Below are positions 36,818-48,795 of a stretch of DNA of 64,000 nucleotides, piece by piece. How positions within the stretch are numbered: position 1 is the stretch's first letter; each line of letters starts with the position of its first letter. Origin of the DNA: Macrostomum hystrix (lineage: Eukaryota > Animalia > Platyhelminthes); contig CATNEN010000024.1 of assembly GCA_950097015.1 (NCBI GenBank), positions 2,046,001-2,110,000 on the forward strand. Direction: 5' to 3'. The position numbers and the translations under genes are program-made. The notes beneath the pieces are model-generated. The model was given only the letters and a program-made list of their open reading frames with translations. It was not told where the DNA came from and ran no database searches.

Positions 36818-39800
36818 CTATTGAAAGTCGTCCTCATCATTATCATCATCTCCATCAGCTGTGAGATCGATGGATTCTGCGGCGGCGGAACGTCGCGGCC
36901 GTTTCTTAGCTGGCTTCGCCGAAGCCGTAGACGCCGCCCCCGCAGACGCGGTTGTCGCTGACGGTAGCGGACAGACGAGGGCGCCGGGTTGGAGCTCTCG
37001 CGGGCCCCAGGCCAGGTAGGGCACAGTGGCAAACGGAGTGAAGTGAAACTCCTCTGTAAGGTAGCCGCGCAGCAGCAGCTGGACTAAAGCGGCCTCCACC
37101 GCCGGCCTGAGCGGCGCCCCCGGCGGTAAAGCGGCGCGCGTTCGAGCGGCCAGTCGGCCGGAGCACAGCGAGTCAACCACCTAAACCCAAAGCGTAATAC
37201 GCATAGAGGTGTAATATAGCTGCGCTCTGACGGTTTTGATGCGTTTCCAGATCGATTTCGTCCAATCAGAGTGTTTGAATCATTAGAGAAGTGTTTGAAT
37301 CAATAGAGAAGTGTTTTAATCAATAGAGAAGTGTTTTAATCAATAGAGAAGTGTCTAAATCAATGAAGAAAAGTGCTTTAATCGATAGGAAAAGTGTTTT
37401 AATTAGTAGAAAAAAGTGTTTGAATCTTCTCGGCTCACCTTCATGGCTGTGACCCGCTTCGTACCAGCCTCGGCTAACAGGTCAGACATCAGCCTGGCCA
37501 GCTCGGCCAAATCCCAGGCCTGAGCTGGCGCTGCTTTGTTCCGGCAACGGTCGCACATGGCGTCGCACACGACGGGCTCGGCAGACTCCGCAGCCTCCAG
37601 GTGCCTGGCCAGCAAGGTGCGCCGGCAGTCGCTGGCGGTGCAGTAACGCAGCATGTCGTAGAGTTTAGGCAGGCCGGTCCGTTCAGCAAAGACAATCGGA
37701 CTGAGGCGGAACACATCGGCGAGGCGGTACAGCAGAATGCACTGAGCCGTCTGGCCATCGCGGCCGGCACGGCCAGACTCCTGATAATAGGTCTCCGGGC
37801 TCTTGCTCAGGGTGTGATGAATTACGAACCGGACATCCGGCTGCGGCGGGGAGGGGATTTTTGCAGTGTATTAGATGTACAGATCTCTCCAGCCTTCCTT
37901 ATCTACCCTTTCTATTCTTTTAGAATTCCAGTCTTCTCACACCTTCCACATGTTCCTCTCATTCCTCCCATCTAGTCTTCTCACCTCTCCCATCTAGTCT
38001 TCTCACCTCTCCCATCTAGTCTTCTCACCTATCCCATCTAGCCAATTCTCACCTATCCCATCTAGCCTTCTCACCTATCCCATCTAGCCTTCTCACCTAT
38101 CCCATCTAGCCTTCTCACCTATCCCATCTAGTCTTCTCACCTCTCCCATCAAGCCTTCTCACCTATCCCATCTAGTCTTCTCACCTATCCCATCTAGTCT
38201 TCTCACCTATCCCATCAAGCCTTCTCACCTATCCCATCTTGTCTTCTCACCTCTCCCATCTAGTCTTCTCACCTATCCCATCTTGTCTTCTCACCTATCC
38301 CATCTAGTCTTCTCACCTATCCCATCTAGTCTTCTCACCTATCCCATCTAGTCTTCTCACCTATCCCATCTAGTCTTCTCACCTCTCCCATCTAGTCTTC
38401 TCACCTATCCCATCAAGCCTTCTCACCTATCCCATCTTGTCTTCTCACCTCTCCCATCTAGTCTTCTCACCTCTCCCATCTAGTCTTCTCACCTCTCCCA
38501 TCTAGTCTTCTCACCTATCCCATCTAGTCTTCTCACCTATCCCATCTAGTCTTCTCACCTCTCCCATCTAGTCTTCTCACCTCTCCCATCTAGTCTTCTC
38601 ACCTATCCCATCTAGTCTTCTCACCTCTCCCATCTAGTCTTCTCACCTCTCCCATCTAGTCTTCTCACCTATCCCATCTTGTCTTCTCACCTCTCCCATC
38701 TAGTCTTCTCACCTCTCCCATCTAGTCTTCTCACCTATCCCATCTAGTTTTCTCACCTATCCCATCTAACCCCTACAGAAGCTGGAACCACCGCAGCTCA
38801 CCTTGTCGATGCCCATACCGAAAGCCACGGTGGCCACTACAACCCGCACCCGGCCAGCCAGCCAGTCGGTGTGGGCGGCGGCCCGCAGCTGGTAGTCTAA
38901 GCTGGCATGATAGCAGGCTGTCGTCAGGCCTGCGCGCTGCCGCAGAAAATCGGCGAGCTGCTCCGCTTCGCGCTGGGTGCAACAGTAGACGATGCCAGAC
39001 TGGTTGGCGAATTCGCCGCGAATAAGATCAGCCACAGCCTGCAAATGAATTTGTTGAATAAATGTTTGTGTCATAATCCCCTACTCACAGTCGTATTGTC
39101 CAAAAAGTAAAACCAACTGCTAACTGACAACAATAATGATCAGACTGATTACAGAGGAATGGCAGCCAAAATGATCAATGACCTACCTGCATAGAATCAG
39201 CAGGCTTTGGCAACACCCTGTACACGAGGTTGGGCCTGTCGAAGCCGCCCCTGAGTTGCAGGCAGTCGCCAGGCAGTCCGAGCATGTCGCGCACATCGGC
39301 AAGGACTCGGTCGGATGCCGTGGCAGTGAGGCCCAGGGTTGGCACGCCGGGAAATTGTCGCTTTAAAACGCCCAGAAATTTATAATCGGGTCTGAAATCG
39401 TGGCCCCACTGGCTGCAGCAGTGGACCTCGTCGATGGCTACTCGGGACAGTCGGCCTGCGGAGTGCAGCTTCTCCAGGCCCGCCATCAGGCGGCGACTCT
39501 TGGCTAGGCGCTCCGGTGTGGCGTACAGCAGGTGCAAACGACCAGCGGCTGCCTCGTCTAGGGCGCGCTTGGTGTCCGACTGCGGGTAAATTGGGAATGT
39601 GTGGGAGGTGGGATGAGAATTGGGAAGCACAGTTGGAGATGGGATGAGAATTGGAAAGCACAGTTGGAGATGGGATGAGAATTGGGAAGCACAGTAGGAG
39701 GTTGGGTGAGAATTAGCAAGTGGGTGATGGGATCCCGCCAACTCACCTGAGCACAGCCTGAGCTGAGCTGCACAGCCGTCACGCCGAGCCTCTCCAGTGC

Positions 39801-40259
39801 CATGACCTGATCCTCCATCAGCGACACCAGCGGAGACACGCAGAGGGTCAGGCCGGGGCTGAGCAGTGCAGGCAGCTGGTAGCAGAGGCTCTTGCCGGCC
39901 CCAGTTGGCATGACCAGCAGGCAGTCGCGGCCGGACATGCTGGCATTGATTGCTTGCAGTTGAAGGGGCCGAAATTCGGCCAGGCGAAATGTTTCGCGAA
40001 GCAGCTGATGAGCATCATCTGACCAGGGGAATCCCTGGGCGCTGAGGAAAGCGTCCGGACCCGGCGCCGATGCAGCCGAAGCGGCCGCAGCCTCCGCCGA
40101 CTTCTGGCGGCGTCGCAGTAGGGCGGCGCGCCGGTCCACAGCCTGGGCCTTCAGCTCCTTCAGGCGACGAATGTCGGCGTTTAGGCGCGTCAGCTCGGCG
40201 TCGATCTCTTCTAGCTCGGCTGTGTCTACATCCGCCTGCTGCTGCTGCTGCTGCTGCGC
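36818..40259 (-). CDS. RECQL: ATP-dependent DNA helicase Q1 (RecQ1), about 636 aa; no genomic start codon found
   Basis: Exons (minus): 40259-39747, 39579-39187, 39038-38802, 37840-37439, 37180-36818, all phase 0. Motifs: [85 protein letters not shown], Zn-binding CRR...CDAMCDRC, winged-helix [17 protein letters not shown]. Confidence 0.95.
37270..37400. repeat. 20-bp minisatellite (AATCAATAGAGAAGTGTTTT)n
   Basis: About 6 degenerate copies in the last RECQL intron. Confidence 0.85.
37973..38768. repeat. 22-bp minisatellite (TCTCACCTATCCCATCTAGTCT)n
   Basis: About 36 copies filling most of a RECQL intron. Confidence 0.97.
39600..39725. repeat. Short 30-bp repeat (GGGATGAGAATTGGGAAGCACAGTTGGAGA/T)n
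   Basis: 3-4 copies in a 167-nt RECQL intron. Confidence 0.8.
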
Positions 40260-40314
40260 CTGGAACACAGTCGAGTTTTCGATTCCTTAATAAGATTCTC
40301 CTTTTCAGGATTAA

Positions 40315-41280
40315 CAGTAGAACTACCAAGGGGGGAAATTCCCCCCCCCCCAGACAATTTTTTTGCTGCACCCGAACGGAACAATGCAAGCACACGAAAC
40401 TCAAGAACACGGGCCAACTTTTTGTTGCGCATCTTCTGAAACAAGAAACAAGTCGCCAGCTCTTCAGACCGTCGAGATATTCAATGTTTCTGGCCGAAGG
40501 TCCGATTTTTCCCATAAGACAGGGGTCGGCAAACTCCGGCCCGCGGGCCAGATGCGGCCCTCGAAGCTCCCAAATCCGGCCCGTTGCCCCTTCTGATATC
40601 TGCAGTGTCCTGTTTCATCTATCTCGTGTCTAATCTCTCCCGTGTCTAATCTCTCCCCTGTCTTGTCTCTCCCGTGTCTCATCTCTCTCGTGTCCCATCT
40701 CTCTCGTGTCCCATCTTTCCTGTGTCTCATCTCTCCTGTGTCTAATCTCTCCCGTGTCTAATCTCTCCCGTGTCTCATCTCTCCCCTATCTCATATTTAT
40801 ACAGTCAATGCGGCCCGTTGTCGTCTTTTAGGTTCTCTCTTTGGCCCGCCAGCAAATAAGTTTGCCTACCCCTCCAATAAGAGCTAGTGTATTTCATACA
40901 CCCCTATACACGAATTTGCACTGCGCCTCAGTGCGGCCTTTCCAGACCTTCAAACATTATCAGAATGTCACCTGAATGTGCCAGCATCATCTCCGTCTTT
41001 GGTGGTCACCTACCTTTATCTAGACGGACTGCGGGACCTTCAAATGCAAAAATGTGGAAATAGGCCACTCTGGACACTCTGACGCGAATTTCTAAACTGC
41101 TGAAGCCTAAATATTAGGCGCAGCTCAACTACAGTACACCATCGCCTAGTCTGTCAACCAATCAGTCACCACCCTACGCGGTTAGCTTTCAGGCGCTGCC
41201 AAAAAATGTTCTCAGGGGAGGGGAAATTCCCCCCCCCTTGGTATAAAAACGGGCGGCAAAATGGCTTGGTAGTCCTACTG
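40315..41280. mobile_element. Non-autonomous TIR element with CAGTAGRACTACCAAG termini, flanked by TTAA on both sides
   Basis: TIRs 40315-40330 and 41265-41280 match 15/16. TTAA at 40311-40314 and 41281-41284. Subterminal GGGGGAAATTCCCCC at both ends. Confidence 0.8.
40520..40874. mobile_element. hAT (Charlie-type) MITE nested in the previous element
   Basis: 5' end CAGGGGTCGGCAAAC...GGCCCGCGGGCC, 3' end GTTTGCCTACCCCT(C). 8-bp flanks CCATAAGA / CAATAAGA (7/8 match). Confidence 0.8.
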
Positions 41281-42249
41281 TTAAATAGGACAGATAAAAG
41301 GAAAATTTTAGATAAATAAAATAAAGATAAAAAAATTACAAAAATTTCACTTAGCTATGGGGCTGTGGGCATTGGAAAATAATTTAGTGACAATGGACCC
41401 GCACCCGCAGCCAGCGAGGAGGCAATTCTGCCCATTTTGTAGAATCCTACACTCACACTCACTCACACTCACACTCACACATACACACACACTCATAAGA
41501 ATTTTTTCAGAATATATGAAATTTATATATAATATATCATTACTAACTATACGATTACAAACCGAAAATTATATAACCTAAATTAAAATAAATCAAACTG
41601 ATTGTTCACCTTAACAAACGTTATTGAAAAAAGCACTTTAAAAAAGAAGGTAACAACAAAGAGTGAAGTTTGCATTAATATGATCAACGTAAGAAACACA
41701 ATTTTAATCATCTTAGCCACATGTCAACTCAATACGATATGCTGAAAATCATTTCACACGATTGGAATTCAATAAACAGGCGAGAGATTGAAAATCGAGC
41801 AAAACAGGAAAAAACTGAATGAATGGCACTTATTGAAATGAACAGAATCAGGACAAATCAGAAGCAGCAAAGAGCCTAGATTACAGAAGTGCAAGTAAGT
41901 AGTATAGTAAGCACGTGCCGCTAACGGCGAAAAAATAATACGATATTGAACATTTTGAGCCCGTTCTATAGAGCTTGCAAATAACATAGTTCAAACTTAA
42001 AGGGGCCAGATTTTGACCACCGCGGTAGGAGCTAAGATCACAATTATCATATGAAAGCTTTATAATAGCTCGACCCCTTCGGCTACTCAAAACATGCAAA
42101 TATATTTTTTAAGCGTACACTCTATCCACTGCGATAAATATGAATTAACTGAATCGAACTGATAATCCAAAATATTTTTTTCTGGTAGTCTAGATTACAA
42201 CAATGAACGTGGCCTAGAACCTTACGATCTTGAAATAGAATCTAACGAT

Positions 42250-43255
42250 CAAGATCTAGAACCTGAAGATCCTGGCCTAGAACCTGAAGATCCAGAGCTA
42301 GAACCTGAAGATCCTGGCCTAGAACCTGAAGATCCAGAGCTAGAACCTGAAGATCCAGAGTTACAACCTAAAGATCCAGAGCTAGAACCTGAAGATCCTG
42401 GCCTAGAACCTGAAGATCCTGGCCTAGAAACTGAAGATCCTGGCCTAGAACCTGAAGATCCTGGCCTAGAACCTGAAGATCCAGAGCTAGAACCTGAAGA
42501 TCCTGAGCCTGAACCTGAAGATCCTGAGCTAGAACCTGAATATCCTGTGATTCTATGAATCATGACCCACATTCTATGAATCATGACCCACATTCTATGA
42601 ATCATGACCCACATTCTATGAATCATGACCCACATTCTATGAATCAAGACCCACATTCTATGAATCATGATCCACATTCTATGAATCATGACCCACATTC
42701 TATGAATCATGACCCACATTCTATGAATCATGACCCACATTCTATGAATCATGACCCACATTCTATGAATCATGACCCACATTCCCAGATCTTGACCTAC
42801 ATTCTATGAATCTTAAGCCACATTCTATTAATCTTGACCCACATTCTATGAAACTTGACCTACATTCTATGAATCTTGACCCACATTATTTGAATCTTGA
42901 CCCACATTCTATGAATGTTGACCTAAATTCTATGAATGTTGACCTAAATTCTATGAAACCTGACCCGCGTGCTATGAATCTTGACCCACATTCTATGAAT
43001 CTTGACCTAAATTCTATGAAACCTGACCCGCGTGCTATGAATCTTGACCCACATTCTATGAATCTTGACCTAAATTCTATGAAACCTGACCCGCGTGCTA
43101 TGAATCTTGACCCACATTCTATGAATCTTGACCTAAATTCTATGAAACCTGACCCGCGTGCTATGAATCTTGACCCACATTCTATGAATCTTGACCTAAA
43201 TTCTATGAAACCTGACCCGCGTGCTATGAATCTTGACTTACATTCTATAAATTTA
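42250..43255. repeat. Two adjacent 21-bp minisatellites: (CTAGAACCTGAAGATCCTGGC)n then (TCTATGAATCATGACCCACAT)n with an 84-bp higher-order unit at right
   Basis: Switch at about 42548; the right part repeats a four-unit variant block. Confidence 0.95.
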
Positions 43256-43388
43256 TAATTCCGAATCAATAGCTGCTAACACATTTGGGAATCAAATAAG
43301 AATCAGAATTTCTAGTAACTGGATTGCATGGAATAATCCCAAATTAGCAGTGAGCTATTAGAGCAGGCCAACAATCAAAATCCCGCTT

Positions 43389-46300
43389 TCAGTGCTGAGC
43401 AGCAGCGGCGGCGGCGGCGGCGGCGGCGGCTGTCTTCAGCTCCTTGTTGGCCCGCTTCAACTCGAGCAGGTCGGCGGCCAATTTGTCAGCGTTCTCCTCC
43501 ATTCGCCGACGCCGCTCAACCAGGATGTGATCCTCCAGATCGATGGTCTCCTTCTGCAGAGCCGCCCGATCCTCTTCGCATCGCAGCACGGCGTCGCAGT
43601 GCTGATGAAGGCCGGCCAGCAGTTTGTAGAGCCGCTTGCCGACGGGGTCGGAGGCGCCGGAGAATACAGCTTCGTCGGCGACGCGGTAGGTGCGGTCCAG
43701 CTTGCCTAAACAGGCGGTCAGAGAGGAGTTTAAATGGGACTGTTAGGTTGCATGGCAATTATATTTTTAGGATCCACTGATAAAACTCAAATTACGGAAC
43801 CAAAGTAAAGTAAATTTATTCCCTTTAGGATTCCCTTTACAAATATGATTTTGGCCTACTTCATAGAACCAAGATCTGTTTCTCAAAATCTAGATCTATT
43901 ATCAGAATCTAGATCTATTCTCAGAATCTAGATCTATGCTCAGAATCTTGATTATCTTATTATCAAAGTCTAGAAGAGCGATTCTCATAAGTCCAGATTA
44001 TATTCCCAGAAGTGCTAGGGTATCACAATACAGACAGGCAATTTTCAGAGCAGATTGACTCAGAACTCACCCGTCAGCATGTTGAGCTCCTTCTGGGCCG
44101 CCCGTAACTCGCCGCTAATCCGTCCTAGCTCGGCGCGTTGCTTCTTTAAATTGGCGGCAAAGTCCAGCAGGCCGCGGGTCAGATCTCGACGACGCGTCAG
44201 GCTGGGATCGCCGTCGGCCAGCCGCTTGGCCAGCCGGTCGGCGGCCCGCTGCAGCAGCTCCCGTTCGGCGTCTCTGGCGCGCAGATCCTCCCGACAGGCG
44301 GCCAGATCGGAGCGGTGATCGCGCAGATCTTCAAGCCGGCTGGCCAGTACGGAGCTGCGAGCGTCCAGTTCTGCTTGGAGGGCCTGGCGTTCGGTTTCCA
44401 AGGCGGCGCGACGCTCCGACCACTGCTCAGAATGGCGCGCGATCTTGGCCTCCTGGGCGGCCTAGGATGGACAAGGCACAGAGGGGTGCGCAATGAATTT
44501 TGAAATTTGATAAGTTCCGAAATTCACCGAAAAAAACTCTGAAAAGTCTTCTCTTAACAGTAGAAAGACCCGGGAGTATTTCAAATACCCACCATTTTTT
44601 CTGTTTCTTAGAATCTAGATCTATTTTCAGAATCTAGTAGAGTATCCATTTTTAGAAACTAAAAGATTGATTCTCAGAATCTAGATCTAATCTCTGAAAC
44701 TGGATCGATTTTTAGAATCTAGATCTGTTCTCAGAATCTAGATCTATTCTCAGAATCTAGATCTATTCTCAGAATTTAGATCTATTCTCAGAATCTAGAT
44801 CTATTCTCAGAATCTAGATCTATTCTCAGAATCTAAAGATCTATTCTCAGAATCTAGATCTATTCTCAGAATCTAGATCTATTCTCAGAATCTAAAGATC
44901 TATTCTCAGAATCTAGATCTATTCTCAGAATTTAGATCTATTCTCAGAATTTAGATCTATTCTCAGAATCTAGATCTATTCTCAGAATCTAGATCTATTC
45001 TCAGAATCTAAAGATCTATTCTCAGAATCTAGATCTATTCTCAGAATCTAAAGATCTATTCTCAGAATCTAGATCTATTCTCAGAATCTAGATCTATTCT
45101 CAGAATCTAGATCTATTCTCAGAATCTAGATCTATTCTCAGAATCTAGATCTATTCTCAGAATCTAGATCTATTCTCAGAATCTAGATCTATTCTCAGAA
45201 TCTAGATCTATTCTCAGAATCTAGATCTATTCTCAGAATCTAAAGATCTATTCTCAGAATCTAGATCTATTCTCAGAATCTAAAGATCTATTCTCAGAAT
45301 CTAGATCTATTCTCAGAATCTAAAGATCTATTCTCAGAATCTAGATCTATTCTCAGAATCTAAAGATCTATTCTCAGAATCCGGCAAAGTCAAGCAGTCC
45401 ACCATTTTCCGCTCTATCCGAAGAAACAACTTCCAGGATCACAAAACATCGGCATCGTCCAGATATTCAAATAGATCAAAATTTATTTGGGTCGCAGCCG
45501 CGGAGAGAATGCTTGGGTGGGTTTGTCGCACAATTTACGCCCTAACCTCCAAGGCACATTGAAAGCGTACACTGACTGAAGATGAGAAAATCACGGCAGA
45601 TGTACACACCTGTGTGAGTGTGTGCTATGGCTCCTCGCTGGCTGCAGGTCTTGTGCCATTGCCTGCAGCCCTCCTGCAATTAATATAATAATTTTTATCT
45701 CCCTTATCTAGTCTAGCGCAAAGCCTTCCTGAGTTCGAATTAGAGTTGTAAAAGGAAAGGCTTCGAGTGTGCACTCACTGACTGACAATCCACTGGAGGA
45801 TTTGTAGTGATGGAGCTATAGCGGTCAAGGGAGTTTGTAGTGATTATAGCTTTAGAATTTTAGCGAGAGGTCGCAAGTTCGAATCTAACAAAAAATAAAA
45901 GCATGCAGTTTCTGTGCATGGATAAGACCCTTAATTTTCTTGAGCTTCAGTTCACCCGGTTGAAAAACTGACGTTATCAGCCGAGCTAAAAATACGGGTA
46001 GACTAGACTAAAGGTAATTTATATCTAATTCTTTAGCCGCAATTTATATTTTTAACAATCTTCGAACAGATACCTGAGCCTCTTCTAATCTGTCAGCCTC
46101 GCCGGCTGCCAACAGTTGAGCTGCACGGAGCCTCGTCTGCGCTTCCTGCCGCTCGCGCTTCTCCCAGGCCTCGGCAGCGGCCTGCGCCTCCGCCGCCTGA
46201 CTGTCAAACTTTGCTGCGCGTCGTTCCGCTTTCCCGGTCGCCTTGGCAACCGCCTCAAGTTCGGCGCGCAATTTTTCTAAATCCTCGCGCGCCCGGACTG

Positions 46301-47249
46301 CTCTCGTCTCGGCGGACTCTTCCGTAGTCTGGCTGTTTGGCTGCTGCTTCTTGGAGGACGGCTTCGGTGGCTTTGGCGGCGGTGGCGGCCTACGCCCGGC
46401 AGCTGCTCGCTTGACAGCGGCGGCCACCGATTCGCGCAGGGCGCGCGGCAACTCAGCCTCGCCATCGGCTCCATTCACCAATGACGTCATCGTCGAACCA
46501 GGCCGCCGGCCGAGGGCCAGTTCTTCTTCGCGTCGCTCAGCCAACAGCAGCGAGGCAGTCCAGGAGAGAAGCGACGGCGACAGCGCGGCAGAGGAAGCCC
46601 AGGAGCCCGGCCGGCCGACTCGACCGGCGCCTAAGAAGGGCAGGCCGCGCTGGAACTGCCGCACCGACGGTGGAATGTCCGCGCCGGCGGCCGCGGCGGA
46701 TGCCCGATTCGGCACGCACGGATAGACGGTGCGGAATTCGCAGCAGCCGCCGCCGCCTTCAAAACACAGGCCGCCCTGTCGCAGGGCCAGCCCGTCTGGC
46801 TTGCAGCAGGCTGGAAGCCAGGGAGCAGCCAGTTGGGCCCGGCACCTGGCCGCAATCAGCCGGTCAAGCAGCTGCTGGCCGGAGGCGCCAGACAGGGCGT
46901 CCTTCAGCTCGCCGGATTCTTCTTTCGGCAATCGTTCAACTAGAAACACCAGTAGAGAGCGGGCGTCGCGCTCACTAGGATAAAGCAGACTTTGATAGCC
47001 CAGCTCGCCTCGGTAGCCTAGTGCTCGAACACCTTCGGCTAGCTGCTGGCCGATTTTGTAGCGCACATTCATGCCATCAGGGAGGCTTATGCTGAATGAT
47101 TCTTCTGGCTGCATGAGCCGCAGGCAGCGGCCCACTGCTTCCACCATCATTTCTGCTGTTAGTTGACCAACTGAGGCTACTTTTTTGGCATCCCAATCGC
47201 AGCCAATCGAGATTAGTTGGCGAATTACATTTCTATCCACCTCTTCCAT
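43389..47249 (-). CDS. CCDC22: Coiled-coil domain-containing protein 22 (CCC/Commander complex), about 627 aa, 3 exons
   Basis: Exons 47249-46074, 44461-44071, 43705-43389, phases consistent, 1884 nt. N-terminus MEEVDRNVIRQL...LGYRGELGYQSLLYPSERDARSLLVFLVERLPKE; C-terminal GKLDRTYRVADEAVF...YKLLAGLHQHC. Confidence 0.93.
44690..45380. repeat. 19-bp quasi-palindromic minisatellite (GAATCTAGATCTATTCTCA)n with 21-bp variants
   Basis: About 35 copies in CCDC22 intron 1; a few copies of the same unit at about 43885-43950 in intron 2. Confidence 0.95.
45830..46000 (+). mobile_element. tRNA-derived SINE fragment
   Basis: B-box-like GTCGCAAGTTCGAATCT, then CATGGATAAGACCCTTA and GCTTCAGTTCACCC shared with 11095-11320. 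Confidence 0.5.
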
Positions 47250-48795
47250 TGCGATTTAGCTGAGGGAGTCAGTAAAAACCAAGGAAAATGAAGGGTAGAG
47301 TAACAGTTAAGTTGCTCCATATGCACTTTAATTTTTTTCACAATGAATTACAAGTAATGATAACATATTTAAAAAAATTAAGGCATGTTTGTCAATAGAT
47401 TATTATAAAACTATATTGCTCTTGTAAGTCATTCTTTAGAAGTTCACAAGATATTGTTTGAAAGGCATAAACTTACTTGCTAATAGATACATGTTATAAA
47501 ATTGCCAACATACACAAGCAATATTTCATAACAATAAAAGCAGCTTTTATAATTAGCTAGCTTTGGTAGAAAATTGTATATCCTAATGTCTACTTTTTTC
47601 TATAGATAATATATTTAAGACCCTTTTTAAGTACAATTTCAGATCCTGTGGATGTGCAGTAGGCCTATGGGTGCATAAACATTATGCTTAGTTGCAGCAA
47701 AATACTTATTGCATATGCAAATGCATAATAAACCATGCATTATGTGGCATAGCACTGAAGAAAAAAATTGGAGTGGTGCACTATGGCACAAAAATGTAAC
47801 AAAGTTTGCAGTGGACAGTCATACACAATTTATTATAATAGTAATTAATTATAGCTAATCCCTTTCAGTTTTAAAGATGGTCATTTAATAATTATACAAC
47901 TGAGTTTTAAGAAAGCAAATTCTAGAAATACTATTTTAAATATTTATACTGAAAAACTGTATATTTATAAGAATATTTCTGTGAGTAATTGAGACTTAGT
48001 CAAGTTGAATTCATTAAAATTTTAATCCTTAAATAGGACCTTTGTTCAAATTTTACATTTTATTTACTGAACAGCATACCGTTTAAATTTGATAATATGG
48101 AAGGGATTAAATTAAGCGTAAATTTTATTACAGAGAGAATATCTAAACATACATGCATATTTTTCGTGACAAGCATAATATGACAGACAAGTTTAAATAA
48201 TTATAGCTTATAGGTTTTGCTAGTTAAGTATTTTGACTTCATGTTTGCGAGGCAAGTACACACTGCCCTATAGTTTTACATAAATTGCATAAATAGTGTA
48301 GAAGAAAATAAACAAGAAAGAGGAGATAAAGAACCCAGTTAAAATATAGTCCTAGGACATAGTATCTAACATCTAAAAACTGCCTAGCTAGGGCTGCAGG
48401 TCAATTGACTTTCTAGGCCTGTCAAACCGAAGCTTTATACTGGAAACTTTACCTTAATGGGAAAAGCACAGTTAAGGTTCTTGGAATAAAAAAAAGTCGA
48501 ATTAAAATAATAAACAATAAAACAACGACTTAAAATTTATAGGTTTTTCTTTTTGCAAAAAGAAGCTGTTTGAAATGTAAATTAAACTGAAATATAAATT
48601 ATTCTAACGTGCCAACAGTTTATTATGCTGATATTTAGTAGTTATGAACGCCATTTTATTCCTTTTAACAGATATATAAAATTCCTTAATCTATGGAGCG
48701 AACTATTTTTGTAATTTTACACAGAAGGACAGTTTAACGTAGAAGAAGCACTTTTGATATCACCAGCAGTAAACAAAAAGAGAAGGAAATCCGTA

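Noticed and set aside
40940-41130. hAT dimerisation-domain remnant (FPDL...IISVFG.TYL)
   Set aside because: Needs several frameshifts and lies outside the hAT MITE termini; cannot be supported without a profile search
46065-46073. CCDC22 donor GTATCTG as U12-type
   Set aside because: Lacks the CC of RTATCCTT, and the intron has a normal pyrimidine-rich acceptor
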